DNA of 48,987 bases. It comes from Candidatus Moanibacter sp. GTDB lineage: Bacteria > Verrucomicrobiota > Verrucomicrobiia > Opitutales > UBA2987. The first letter of the stretch is position 1. Each line of letters starts with the position of its first letter. The translations under genes and the position numbers were made by a program. The DNA is taken from positions 1 to 48,987 of the forward strand of contig CBDCEW010000041.1 in NCBI GenBank assembly GCA_965215885.1, written 5' to 3'. Of the stretch, positions 1-10,011 are shown one piece after another. Below the pieces are notes generated by a model. It had not been told where the DNA came from, ran no database searches, and saw nothing but the letters and a program-made list of their open reading frames with translations.

Positions 1-120
1 TGAGCCAGATCAGGGGCGATATTGCCGACGCCAAGCGGGTTGTTGAGTATGCTCATGATCGGTAAGCGACCGGGCAACGACCTTGTAGCGCAAAGATGCC
101 GACCGTGATATGATTATGGG

Positions 121-486
121 ATGGGAGAAAAAACGAGAGGGCGGACACGGTCGAAGCGAATCGTTCGACGAAGTCGGCAGGAGCGCAGGCGACTGATAAG
201 CGCATACCGTCGCAGCAATCAGACGCAGAGGGCGTTTGCCCAGCGGCACGGTATCAAGTATATGACCTTTATGGGATGGCTGCGCAAGGACCGGGCCGGG
301 CACAGAAGCAGCGGGGTAAAATCGGCGGGGGCGCGGTTTGCCGAAGTTACGGTGCAGAGCAGCGCGGTCACGGAGGATCGGATCGAGATCGTCTTAGGGG
401 ACCCGATACGGGTGGAGGTGGACTGCGGTGTTGCGGTGGAACAAGTGGCGAGTCTGGTGAAGGCGTTGAGGGAATCGGGATGCTGA
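121..486 (+). CDS. tnpA: IS66 accessory protein TnpA (HTH)
   Basis: SNQTQRAFAQRHGIKYMTFMGW HTH-like segment, FAEV motif; first ORF of IS66. Confidence 0.85.
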   Translation: MGEKTRGRTRSKRIVRRSRQERRRLISAYRRSNQTQRAFAQRHGIKYMTFMGWLRKDRAGHRSSGVKSAGARFAEVTVQSSAVTEDRIEIVLGDPIRVEVDCGVAVEQVASLVKALRESGC

Positions 487-830
487 GCTTACCGGGAACG
501 ATGAAGGTTTTCCTGGCCGTGGGAGTAACGGATCTGCGAAAGAGCTTTAATGGTCTCTACGCCCTGGCGGCCAATCAGCTCAAGGAAGACCCGTTGAGCG
601 GAGCGGTCTTTGTCTTCTGCAATCGCAGCCGGGACCGGGTCAAGATTCTGTATTGGGACGGCACGGGGTTATGGGTTTTCGCAAAGCGATTAGAGAAGGG
701 TCGGTTCAGCTGGCCGCAGGGAGTGGACTTGAAAGATCAGAAGCTTCCATTGCGCCCTGAAGCGTTGAGCATGCTCTTGAACGGGATCGACCTGAGGGAG
801 GGGAAGATGCGGCCCTGGTATCAGCGTTAG
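480..830 (+). CDS. tnpB: IS66 accessory protein TnpB (Orf2)
   Basis: [43 protein letters not shown] at 480 overlaps the tnpA stop. Confidence 0.93.
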   Translation: MLSLPGTMKVFLAVGVTDLRKSFNGLYALAANQLKEDPLSGAVFVFCNRSRDRVKILYWDGTGLWVFAKRLEKGRFSWPQGVDLKDQKLPLRPEALSMLLNGIDLREGKMRPWYQR

Positions 831-896
831 GTCAAAAAAAGTGATTTTTTGAAAAAGTATTGCTTTTCTTATTACCGTTAGTTTAGTATTGTTTTC

Positions 897-2399
897 ATGC
901 CTGAAGTCGAGGTTTTGCAAACAGAGCTGGAGCAACTCCGAGAGGAGAATCGGCTTTTACGACAGAAGATCGGCTGGCTCATTAAGCGCTACTTTGGAGG
1001 CAACCAAAGCGAGCGGATCGATCCGGGACAGCTGGAATTGCTCCTGGCCGGGCTGGAGCAGGCCGAGGAAAACAAACCCGCTGAGCAAACGGCAGAGCCA
1101 CCACCCGAGCCGAAGGCGCGCAAAGGAGCTGGGGCGAGGCGACAGCGTCTGCCCGAGCACCTGGAAGTCGAAGAGATCGTAATCGAACCCGAAGCGGTGA
1201 AGGTTGAACCGCAAAAGTGGCGGTTGATCGGTGAGGAAGTCACTGAAGAGTTAGATTTGCTCCCGGCCCGATTTATCAGGCGGCGCTATATACGGCGCAA
1301 ATATGTATCTCGCGAAAAGCCCCAGGAACCTCCCGTGCTGGCGCCATTACCATCGCGGCTGATTGAAAAAGGGATCCCTGGAGTGGGGCTTTTGGTGCAC
1401 ATATTACTGAGCAAATACGTCGATCACCTGCCGTTGTATCGGCAGGAGAAGATTTTCCGGGAACGCTACGGAGTAAGGGTGGCGCGCCAGAGCATGCTCG
1501 ATTGGATCCACCAGGTAGCGCAATGGCTAAAACCCATCTACAACTACATGTGCTTACAATTGTTCGAGGGCGGTTACATCCAGGCGGACGAAACGCCCAT
1601 CCGCTACCTGGATCCGGACGCAGGCAAGAAAGAGGGCTGCAGGAAAGGATACCTGTGGGTCTACGGGCGACCCGGCGGCGAGGTGCTCTACGACTGGCAC
1701 ACAGGCCGTGGGGTAAAATGTCTCGAGCAGTTCCTCAACGGATACGAAGGGTTGCTCCAACCCGACGGTTACGCAGCCTATGGCAGTTTCGCCCGGGAGC
1801 ATAACGGGATTACCCTGTTTGGGTGCTGGGCACACCTGCGACGCAAATTTGTGGAGGCGATGGATGAGAATCCGAAGCTGGCCGGCTGGGTGGTGCGGCA
1901 GATCCACAATCTCTACAGAGACGAGCGCCATCTGCGCGAACAGCGGGCCGGTCCCGCCTTGCGCGAAGCCTACCGGAAAAGCCATGGTCGGATGATCGTG
2001 GAACGCTTGGGCAAAGCCTTGCCTATACTCAAACGGCGGGCCTTGCCGCGGAGCAAAATGGGTGAAGCCGTTGAGTATGCTCTGAACCAGTGGGAATCAC
2101 TCAAGCGCTACCTCGAGCATGGCAAGGTTGAAATCGACAATAACCTCATTGAGAATGCTATCCGGCCGACCGCCCTGGGAAAGAAAAACTGGATGTTCAT
2201 CGGCCACCCCAAGGCCGGTTGGAGAAGCGCCGTAATTTACTCGATCATTGAGAGTTGCCGGCGGCACGCAATTGAACCATCCGCTTACCTCACTGACGTC
2301 CTCAAAAGATTGCCGGACATGAACATCACCGAGATCGCCGAACTCGCTCCGGCGAATTGGAAGCCGACCCGAACAGGCGAACCGCTCGCAGCCTCTTGA
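897..2399 (+). CDS. tnpC: IS66 DDE transposase TnpC
   Basis: KYVDHLPLYRQ, ADETP, DGYAAY, GCWAHLRRKF, IDNNLIENAIRP motifs. Confidence 0.97.
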   Translation: MPEVEVLQTELEQLREENRLLRQKIGWLIKRYFGGNQSERIDPGQLELLLAGLEQAEENKPAEQTAEPPPEPKARKGAGARRQRLPEHLEVEEIVIEPEAVKVEPQKWRLIGEEVTEELDLLPARFIRRRYIRRKYVSREKPQEPPVLAPLPSRLIEKGIPGVGLLVHILLSKYVDHLPLYRQEKIFRERYGVRVARQSMLDWIHQVAQWLKPIYNYMCLQLFEGGYIQADETPIRYLDPDAGKKEGCRKGYLWVYGRPGGEVLYDWHTGRGVKCLEQFLNGYEGLLQPDGYAAYGSFAREHNGITLFGCWAHLRRKFVEAMDENPKLAGWVVRQIHNLYRDERHLREQRAGPALREAYRKSHGRMIVERLGKALPILKRRALPRSKMGEAVEYALNQWESLKRYLEHGKVEIDNNLIENAIRPTALGKKNWMFIGHPKAGWRSAVIYSIIESCRRHAIEPSAYLTDVLKRLPDMNITEIAELAPANWKPTRTGEPLAAS

Positions 2400-3249
2400 A
2401 CCCGGACACTGCCAGGATCCTCGCGCATGCCGCGATCCATAGGGCAGTTCACCGGTCGTTTACCATGATCGGGTGTTTCACGAAAAGAAGCTACCGTCCA
2501 CACAGAAGGTCCTGAGCCTCTCGGACGGATCGGCGGCCTACATCAAGAAGGGCAGCCGCAATCCAGTGATCGGGTACAAGCCACAACTGGTTCGCAGCGA
2601 AAACGGTTTTGTCACCAGCCTGATCGTACCGCAAGGCAATGCGGCAGACTCCATTGAGCTGGCGCCGGCCATCGGCGATTCGATCAAGCGCACCGGTGTC
2701 ATTGCTGAACTGGTCAGCACCGATGACGGATATGCTTCGGCGAAGGGACGCAAGGAGGTGCTGAGCATGGGGGTAAAGCAGATCAGTATCAGTGGGGCGA
2801 AGGGCAAGAAGTTGACCACCCCCGAGGACTGGGAGAGCGAGGCGTATCGCGAGGCACGCCGCGATCGCTCCGCAGTGGAGTCGCTGATGTTCACGATTAA
2901 AGATGGATTTGCCTTTGGCGAACTCGGCCGCCGCGGCATCGATGCGGTAGGCGATGAACTGCTCGAGAAGGTTCTGGCCTACAACTTCTGCCGCATCATA
3001 CTGATGAAGAAACGCCGAGGGGAGGAACTGGAACAGGCAGCCTGAATCTGACCGCTTTGAAGCTCAGAGAAAAAAGCACCACGGGATGAGTATGCCTCCA
3101 GACAGCGGCAAATATACGTATTGTGCAGCAAGCCACGCCGATGGCCGCTCAATACCTGCTCATCGGCAGCGCCGGCAGCCTAAAACCCGAAACCTGCCAG
3201 CCATAGGCTGGTCCGCCCGTGGCGGAGAACCTTAAACCGCCCGCTCGAA

Positions 3250-4558
3250 AGGCTTTTCGAATGGGGTCTAGCTAAGGGATAACCTAAAAGAATGACATTC
3301 TGATCATGTGTATCTAAGACTGCACCCCTATCACTTCCCGTCGCGATATTGAACATCATAGCAGCCAACAAAACAGAATCGGTCTCACTTGTTGGAGGAA
3401 CGAGTGTCGTGGAATGTGCCAGCCCTAGAGCGTGACCGACCTCATGGCAAATTACCTCCGCCAGATTCGCTTCACTTCCGTTGAAGAAGAAGTCTTGCTC
3501 ATGAGCGATAATTAGCCAACCGACTGAAGTTCGGTTAAACGGTCGCGTATTAACCGTACCCCCGAGGCCACCATTTGGGAATAATGTATTAGCTTCAAAA
3601 GATATTGGCCCTCCTTCACCCAGTTTGTTTGGCTCCGCCATGAGATCGATTTGGCCGTGAGAATTATTCAATTGGATGCGCAACTTGCCATCGAGTTTGC
3701 ATCGCTTTCATCCTCTGCATCTTGTCCGAACCTCTGTAAACCCTCAAATTTGAATTGCAACGATGAAGCATTCGCCCACGCATCTAACGCGCTGCTGACA
3801 GCGCTGAGGGCCTGTTCACGTGTAATTCCAGTAGGCAGCAAGTTACTAGTTTCGTCATCGGAATTGTTAGGATCAAAAAGGTCGACCAAATATGGAATCG
3901 GCTCGCCCCGATCAGGAGTGACGAAGCGAGTTCCGGCTCCGCTGTTTCCCGTTGGAATAAAGTCACCAGCCGCTAATATGTGAATATCATCACTAGATCC
4001 GCCAGCTGATGTAGCGTTAAATGATCCCGATTGGTCCCGAACATCGCTACCTTGATTACCCATCCTCCGGGCAAAGTAGAAAATTTCGCTAATATACTTC
4101 CGAGATTCAAAAGAGAGGATTCCTGACTTAGATGAAGTCCCATTATTCCTAGCAATAGGAACGGCCCCAAACATTCCATTAGTAAAAGCTAAGCTTCCGT
4201 CTGAAAGTCTGGAGAAGAAGAATATTCTCTCCTCACCGATCGATAAACGCGGCGAATAGTTGGCAAGATGCACAACATCATCTACATTCTCACGCGCCAG
4301 CACCACTTTGACATATTGTGGGAATCTACCTTTAAGAGTCAGGCGAGTCTTAATCAATGCCTCTAAGAAAACATCCGCGTTAGGTCCACGAGAGGAGTAT
4401 TGTATGTCGGCGACTGTACCCCAACAGATCGCATCAGCCGCATTGATCTGGTCATGAACCGTGAAAGGGGCATAGCAACCGGCCTCTGCGATACTGCCCA
4501 ATAAATAGATCGCGAATATCGACCCTATTGACCCTCTGATGATAGCAGCTTTCTTCAC
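3250..4558 (-). pseudogene. Secreted matrixin/M10-like zinc metalloprotease, frameshifted near 3700 and 3'-truncated next to the IS end
   Basis: Signal-peptide-like N-terminus in ORF 3668-4558; downstream frame (LDGKLRIQLNN...) holds HEVGHALGLAH (HExxHxxGxxH) and a Met-turn-like AAMM; 3' boundary approximate. Confidence 0.7.
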
Positions 4559-5186
4559 AGTACCAATCGACTAACAATGGATTAAAGCGTAGCAGAAGCA
4601 AGTCGAATTAGCAAAACAAAATCGAAGGGTTACTTCGATGTCGTATGTATTTTCTTAAGATAACACAGTGAATCATTCGGCCGTTGGGGCGATTTCCCAA
4701 TTCAGGATAATGGACCTCTCCGACACTTAGTTCTCTCCCAAATCGGTCAAAGGTGGGCGTTCAGATCGATCTCCCAATTGCGAAGGATCTGTCGGATAGC
4801 CGCGCTCCCGATGCGTTGGGCATATCGGAATGAGGGCCGAATTCGAGTTAGTGGGCTTCGTCGTCTTCCTTTCCGAAGGGATTCTCGGTGGGGCTCGGAC
4901 CTGAAGGCGGAACTGTAAGATTACTCGCAGAGCCAGAAGGAGCGATTCCTCTCGGTCGTATCATGATTGAGAAATCGAGCGCAAGATAAAGTCTCGTGTC
5001 TAATAGTCGTGGGAGGCGAGGCCGGGGGAGCCAGCAACCGAAAGGATGACGCTACACACGTACTGGACTTCGCCAACTGTAAGGCTCTAGATTGGACAAA
5101 AATGGCCTTTTCAATCCCCTTTCAATTAGTCTACGATTTTCGATTATCCATTACACCTTCTTAGTTAGTCTGATAATCAGATCCAG

Positions 5187-6542
5187 ATGAAGATCGTAAT
5201 TGTAGGGGCGGGCGAGGTTGGCAGTTATCTATGTGAATTGTTGAGCGGGCAGGCTCACGACGTGACAGTCATCGAAAGCTCGGAGGCGACGGCCCAGGAA
5301 ATAGACGAGCGCTTTGACGCGCGTGTTCTGTTCGGCAACGGCGGTTCGGCGGAGACTCTGACGAGGGCGGAAGTGGGAGAAAGCGACTTTTTCGTCGCCA
5401 TGACGAGCGACGACAAGACCAATCTGGTATCGTCTTCGGTGGCGAAAGCGCTGGGGGCGAAATCGACCATCTGCCGGATTCACGACCAGACCTACACGGA
5501 CAATTCTTATGTCAACTATCAAGTGCATTTCGGGGTAGACTATATGCTCAATCCGGAACGTCTCTCGGCGGTGGCTCTGGCGAAATCGATCCGCAACCCG
5601 GGCCGTGTGGCGGTGGAGAATTTCGCTCGCGGGCAGATCGAAGTACAACAGGTAAGGGTGGCACCACGCTCCAAGCTGATTGGAAGAAAGCTGAAGGATC
5701 TGCGCTTTAACTCCGAAATAAAGATCGGTTACGTTCAGCACGGAGACGACCTGGAAGTGGCCACCGCGGAGACCGTCATCGAGGGAGGAAATCTCGTAAC
5801 GATATTCGGCTCATCCGAATCCCTCTTTAAGATAAATGCAAAGCTCGATCCCGACAGTGCGCTGGAGAGCGTGCGGGTAGTCATGTTTGGTGGTTCGGAG
5901 ACGTCCATCGCCCTTGTTCGCATGCTGTCCAATCCACGCTTTAAGATTCGAATTTTGGAAGGAGATTCGGTCACCTGCGGGCAGCTGGCGGAGAAGTTTC
6001 CAGACATAACGGTCATACACGGCGACGCCACCTCTCTAAGGCTTCTGGAAGAAGAGCAGATCGGCAGCACGGATTATTTTGTAGCCTGTACGAAGAAGGA
6101 TGAGGACAATATCGTAACGGGTCTTCAGGCATCCAAGCTGGGAACGCCCCACGTTTACCTGGTAATCAACAAACCGGACTATGAGGAAATGGTAAACGCC
6201 TTAAAGAGCGCGCTCGGAATCGAGCTGATCGTGCAACCCCGGGTGGCCACGGCGAACGAAGTCCTCCGCTACGTCTCTTCGGAGTCACTCATCGACCTCG
6301 CTACGCTTCCCAATGAGGTGGGAAAAATCCTCGAGATCAGAGTGAGCCATAACAGTCCCTACGCGGGCAAGACACTGCGCGATATTCCACTCCCTAAAGG
6401 ATGTGTCGTAGTGGCCCTGTTGCACAAATTTCAAGCGAAGGTTCCGGGAGCGGAGGACCCCATTCTGGCGGGCGACCGTGTCGTGGTGATCACAAAAGAG
6501 GGAAACGTCGACGAGTTGAAGACATTGTTGACGGATGAATGA
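5187..6542 (+). CDS. trkA: Trk system potassium uptake protein TrkA
   Basis: MKIVIVGAGEVG Rossmann start, two RCK_N/RCK_C pairs, 451 aa. Confidence 0.95.
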   Translation: MKIVIVGAGEVGSYLCELLSGQAHDVTVIESSEATAQEIDERFDARVLFGNGGSAETLTRAEVGESDFFVAMTSDDKTNLVSSSVAKALGAKSTICRIHDQTYTDNSYVNYQVHFGVDYMLNPERLSAVALAKSIRNPGRVAVENFARGQIEVQQVRVAPRSKLIGRKLKDLRFNSEIKIGYVQHGDDLEVATAETVIEGGNLVTIFGSSESLFKINAKLDPDSALESVRVVMFGGSETSIALVRMLSNPRFKIRILEGDSVTCGQLAEKFPDITVIHGDATSLRLLEEEQIGSTDYFVACTKKDEDNIVTGLQASKLGTPHVYLVINKPDYEEMVNALKSALGIELIVQPRVATANEVLRYVSSESLIDLATLPNEVGKILEIRVSHNSPYAGKTLRDIPLPKGCVVVALLHKFQAKVPGAEDPILAGDRVVVITKEGNVDELKTLLTDE

Positions 6543-6773
6543 TCAGGAATCGGTCTCACTTAGCATTCGGAGTTCGCGGAAAATATAAGCTATCCGAGTG
6601 TGCCTGTGCATTGCGTGGAATTCGACCGCCGACCGATTCCTAGTCGCTCTGCCGAGCGGCAGAGCGAGGACTTGATCAATTTGTGCGAATGCTTTTCCTG
6701 GTCCAGCTTGATGCAGTTTTTACCGCCCAGCTTTGCAGCCGAAGCCAAAAGGGCTGAGGTCGGAAATGAAAAC

Positions 6774-6946
6774 TCCCCGTCCCGGCATGCCGCGGACGGG
6801 GAATTACGAAGTTAAAACACAACGGGATGACGGCGGCACACTCTGTTCAGGAAATCTGAGGCTCCCCCGGCGCGAGGCCCCGGGGGGAGCCGGTAACCGA
6901 GGCCGGGGGGAAGCCGGTAACCGAAGGAGTGATGCGAGACACGTAG
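6774..6946. repeat. GC-rich palindromes (TCCCCGTCC...GGACGGGGA; GGCTCCCCCGG...CCGGGGGGAGCC) plus tandem GAGCCGGTAACCGA unit; related half-copy at ~5016-5062
   Basis: Inverted and direct repeats read directly from the sequence. Confidence 0.6.
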
Positions 6947-6950
6947 CGGA

Positions 6951-8844
6951 CACGGTATTTTGATTCTCGGAGCATTAGGTGATGATATTGATGGCCTTAT
7001 GTAAGTTAAAGACGAAATCATCACAGAGTGCGGGAGTGGATTCAGCGCCCATGGAAGACTTGAGGCTGAGAACCAGTTGCCTGCATGCAGCAAGAATTCT
7101 GGCTGCGTTATGATTACGGATCATACATCGATCTTCATCGAAGAAGCGATCCCTGGGGTAATGATTTTTATTTTCGATCGACCAATGGTTGCGAATTTTC
7201 GAGAGGAACTGTTGAGGGCTCAAATCGGCGGGATCGAGACTGCTTACGTAGTAAGAGCGTTCAGAGGAAGGTTCAGCTTTGTTTGGATAATGGAAGGTGC
7301 GTTGCACACAGGCGAACTGGCGGGCATGGGGCAGGCCGGCAGAGGGAGCGCTTAGAGAATGGGTTGCTATTTGACGTATTTCGAGTCGCCCATGGTCATT
7401 GTCCACGGTTTGGTGGAGAAAAAGGGGGTGGAGCTGAAGAGATTCTGAGCGTATTGATGCATGTTGGGCTGATTGTCTTTAATTTGAATAACATAGTCAG
7501 CACTGAGTTCTTCGACGACGATGTGGGCAGTTTCTTTTTGATTATGCATGGCGTCGAAGGTGAAGGTGGAGCCGTCCAAAATGGGCATCTTTCGCAAGAG
7601 AGTCTGGGCGGCGGTGATCGCGTTGGATTTATCGGCGGTAGCGACTTGGGCTAAGGTTTGAGCGCTTTGGTGATCGACTGCGGCCACCAGGTGCAGAGCC
7701 TTTGATTCTTCGGTGTTTGTGCCTTTGAGGGTCTTGCCGTCGACGGCAATATCGCGGGGCAAACAGCCGTCTTGTAAGCAGATGAATTCGGTGAGGGTTT
7801 TATCGAAGAGCTCGGCCTTTACGTTTTGCAAGACCCGATAGAAGACATCATAGCAAGGGGCCTTATAGCGGCCTGTTTTGGGGTTTTTCCAGGAGCGTAA
7901 GGCGCGCAATTGGGCTTGATTGAGATGATGGGCCAGGCGCACGATGCCCTTGAGGGTCTGTTTGCCGCACATCGTGCCGAGCACAATCATGCTCAGGACC
8001 GTGGCGAGCCGATATCTAAGGCCCGCTTTACGACGGAAGTCTTCTATCTGATTGAAGCGTTCCCACAGGCTGCTCATCTGTTCCACTTTGAGGCAGACCG
8101 CATGGGAGTTATCGGTTTCATTGAGCGCCTGGCTCTGTGCCGCGGGCAATGGCCCTGAAGCGCGCAAAAGCTCAAGGGCATTAGCCTTGAGGGGTTTGAC
8201 CCAGATCTGCTTGGGACGCTCATGGCGTTGATAGAAATCTTCGCGTTGGCGGCCATATCCCGCGCTCAAGCCCAAGGGCGTCCACCCGCTCGCTTCGTAG
8301 CAAGTGCCCCGGTGAATCTGTGGGTCCACGAACGTTTCCGCTACTAAGGGACGATAGCCAAAAGCCTCCTGCCAGTGATCGGCTAAGACTCTCAGGCACA
8401 TACCCAACGTCTTGGAGGCCAAATTTGCAAGATCCACCCCGGGCAAAATCAGAAAACGCCGGTTCTGTACTACCAGTTTCAATCGTGCATGCCGTTGCGC
8501 CCCGTCCCTCCCGATCCATTCGTCTCGATCCTTCAGCCGGTAGGATGCGGCCCCCCACAAGAGCAGGCCCATCCATTGCCCGTCGATCTGCGCCACATAG
8601 CGCAGGGTCTCTCCTGCGCTGCCCGCACTGTGTAAATAATGATGTTGTTTCAATAGATCATTGAATCGCTCCTGCTCTTCGGGCAGGACCAGACGCAGAG
8701 TTAAACGATCTATCGAAGGATTCAGTTGGTAAGATTTTTTGTCTTTCATCCCATCTTAACATGACTGATTCCCTCGGGTTTGTTTAGCTCTTTTTTTATC
8801 TTCTTGCTTATCAGCTAGTTGCTTCCTGGAATCCTTTTACCCTG
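6951..8844 (-). mobile_element. ISAs1 family element with DUF4338-fused transposase, copy 1 (1894 bp)
   Basis: Ends CAGGGTAAAAGGATTC / CACGGTATTTTGATTC; 10-bp TSD ACGTAGCGGA at 6941-6950 and 8845-8854; near-identical copy at 16473-18373. Confidence 0.95.
6975..8749 (-). CDS. DUF4338(DruA-like)-ISAs1 transposase, two overlapping frames (7367-8749 and 6975-7406) joined by a -1 shift at C5T5
   Basis: N-terminal HHYL...WIG...RFLILP...ETFVDP..HRGTCY.ASGW; ISAs1 motifs IAVDGKTLKG, FDAMHNQK, HGRLEIR, HWSIENKNHYPRD..FDED. Confidence 0.85.
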
Positions 8845-8967
8845 ACGTAGCGGACGAAGTCCCACAGATAATTTTGACAGAGAGGAATCCGTGATGTTAA
8901 ATCCCAGTGAGAAAATCCCGCTGCGGGTTGATGAATAACTTGGAGTAACTATAAGGCTGCTAGACCC

Positions 8968-9093
8968 GAATGGCACTAACTTAAGGCAAGAATCGCTCGC
9001 AAGCGAGCTTCCTACGACGAACGTAAGTCTTTGTAGGAAGGCCGCTTGCGACCGAATCGGGAACATCGGTGATCCCTTAAGTTAGTGGCGTTC
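8968..9093. mobile_element. 126-bp IS4-type MITE carrying a GTAG-REP doublet
   Basis: TIR GAATGGCACTAACTTAAGG / CCTTAAGTTAGTGGCGTTC (17/19); 11-bp direct repeat CTGCTAGACCC at 8957-8967 and 9094-9104. Confidence 0.8.
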
Positions 9094-9120
9094 CTGCTAG
9101 ACCCGAAAAAGGCAAAAGGC

Positions 9121-10011
9121 ATGCTCTACGACCGTCCATATATGCGCCAGGAGGAGTTTAAGCAGGATATACCCGCGCTCAAATGGATTATCATTGTGAA
9201 CCTGGCGGTCTTTGTTCTGGCACAGGCTTCGTTTCACTGGTTCGGAAGCCTTTTTCTCTACGAGGCATTTCTTCTTTCCTGGGAGAACATCCGGAGTGGC
9301 TTCTTATGGACGTTAGGGACTTACAGCATCCTGCACGGCAATTTTGCCCACATCCTCTTCAATATGGTGGTCATATTTTTCTTCGGAAGGAGCCTTCAGG
9401 AGCAGATAGGAGGTCACAAAGTGCTGGAACTTTATCTGGTAGCGGTATTTCTGGGGGCCTTCATGTGGCTACCCTTCAATATTTCATTCAGAAGTGAAGT
9501 GGTAGGCGCGTCGGCGGGAGCGATGGGACTGATAACGGTTTTCTGCCTGAGACATTTCAACCAAAGGATAACTATCCTTCTCTTTTTCATCCTCCCTTTG
9601 ACATTAACGGGGAAACAGATGTTGGTGTTTTTTTTGAGCTGGGAAGCAGCAGGTTTTGTCTTATTTGAAATGGGTCCACTGACAAATCTCTGGCCCTTTT
9701 TCTTTAAAGGAATCGCCTACTCCGCTCATCTGGGCGGAATGGTTGGCGGTTACCTATATTACAGGTACCTGAGAAACCGCGAGAGCTGGTGGAAAGGCAA
9801 AAGGCCTCTAATCGAGGTTCCAAAGTGGGTCAAGAAACGTAACAAAGGATCAACCGGCAGCCGCCATTTTCGAGTAAACATTTCAAGCCGCAAGGATCTG
9901 AGATCGGAAGTCGACCGAATCCTCGACAAAATCAACAGCGAGGGATTCGGATCACTCAGCGACGAAGAAAAACGCACCCTGGACAAAGCCAAAGATCTCC
10001 TAAGCCATTAG
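9121..10011 (+). CDS. Rhomboid family intramembrane serine protease with soluble C-terminal domain
   Basis: HILFNM, VGASAG (catalytic Ser), AHLGG (catalytic His), C-terminal VDRILDKI..G..SL.DEEK; ATG at 9121 preferred over the GTG inside the MITE. Confidence 0.92.
   Translation: MLYDRPYMRQEEFKQDIPALKWIIIVNLAVFVLAQASFHWFGSLFLYEAFLLSWENIRSGFLWTLGTYSILHGNFAHILFNMVVIFFFGRSLQEQIGGHKVLELYLVAVFLGAFMWLPFNISFRSEVVGASAGAMGLITVFCLRHFNQRITILLFFILPLTLTGKQMLVFFLSWEAAGFVLFEMGPLTNLWPFFFKGIAYSAHLGGMVGGYLYYRYLRNRESWWKGKRPLIEVPKWVKKRNKGSTGSRHFRVNISSRKDLRSEVDRILDKINSEGFGSLSDEEKRTLDKAKDLLSH

Larger units (their letters stand above)
62..2463 (+). mobile_element. IS66 family element, copy 1 (2402 bp)
   Basis: Ends GTAAGCGACCGG / CCGGTCGTTTAC; 8-bp TSD CATGATCG at 54-61 and 2464-2471; tnpA-tnpB-tnpC layout. 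Confidence 0.97.
1..3045 (+). pseudogene. IS5/ISNCY-like DDE transposase, C-terminal part, interrupted by IS66 (segments 1-61 and 2464-3045)
   Basis: Frame from nt 3 (SQIRGDIADAKRVVEYAHDR) continues in frame after the IS66 as VFHEKKLP...; DDE-type motifs STDDGYAS and RSAVESLMFTIK; 5' part lies outside the window. Confidence 0.75.

Noticed and set aside
276..479. N-terminal extension of IS66 TnpB in the ORF track
   Set aside because: Overlaps tnpA; the family-typical start is ATG 480 coupled to the tnpA stop
480..830. RNA-guided TnpB nuclease
   Set aside because: This is the unrelated small IS66 accessory TnpB; no RuvC-type TnpB or Y1 TnpA is encoded in the window
5010..5070. c-di-AMP (ydaO) riboswitch upstream of trkA, suggested by GGGGGAGCC
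   Set aside because: Other ydaO consensus blocks are absent, and the motif is half of a palindromic repeat that recurs downstream of trkA
7367..8749. Druantia anti-phage system (DruA = DUF4338)
   Set aside because: No DruE helicase or DruB-D; the domain is fused to a transposase inside an IS with TIRs and TSDs
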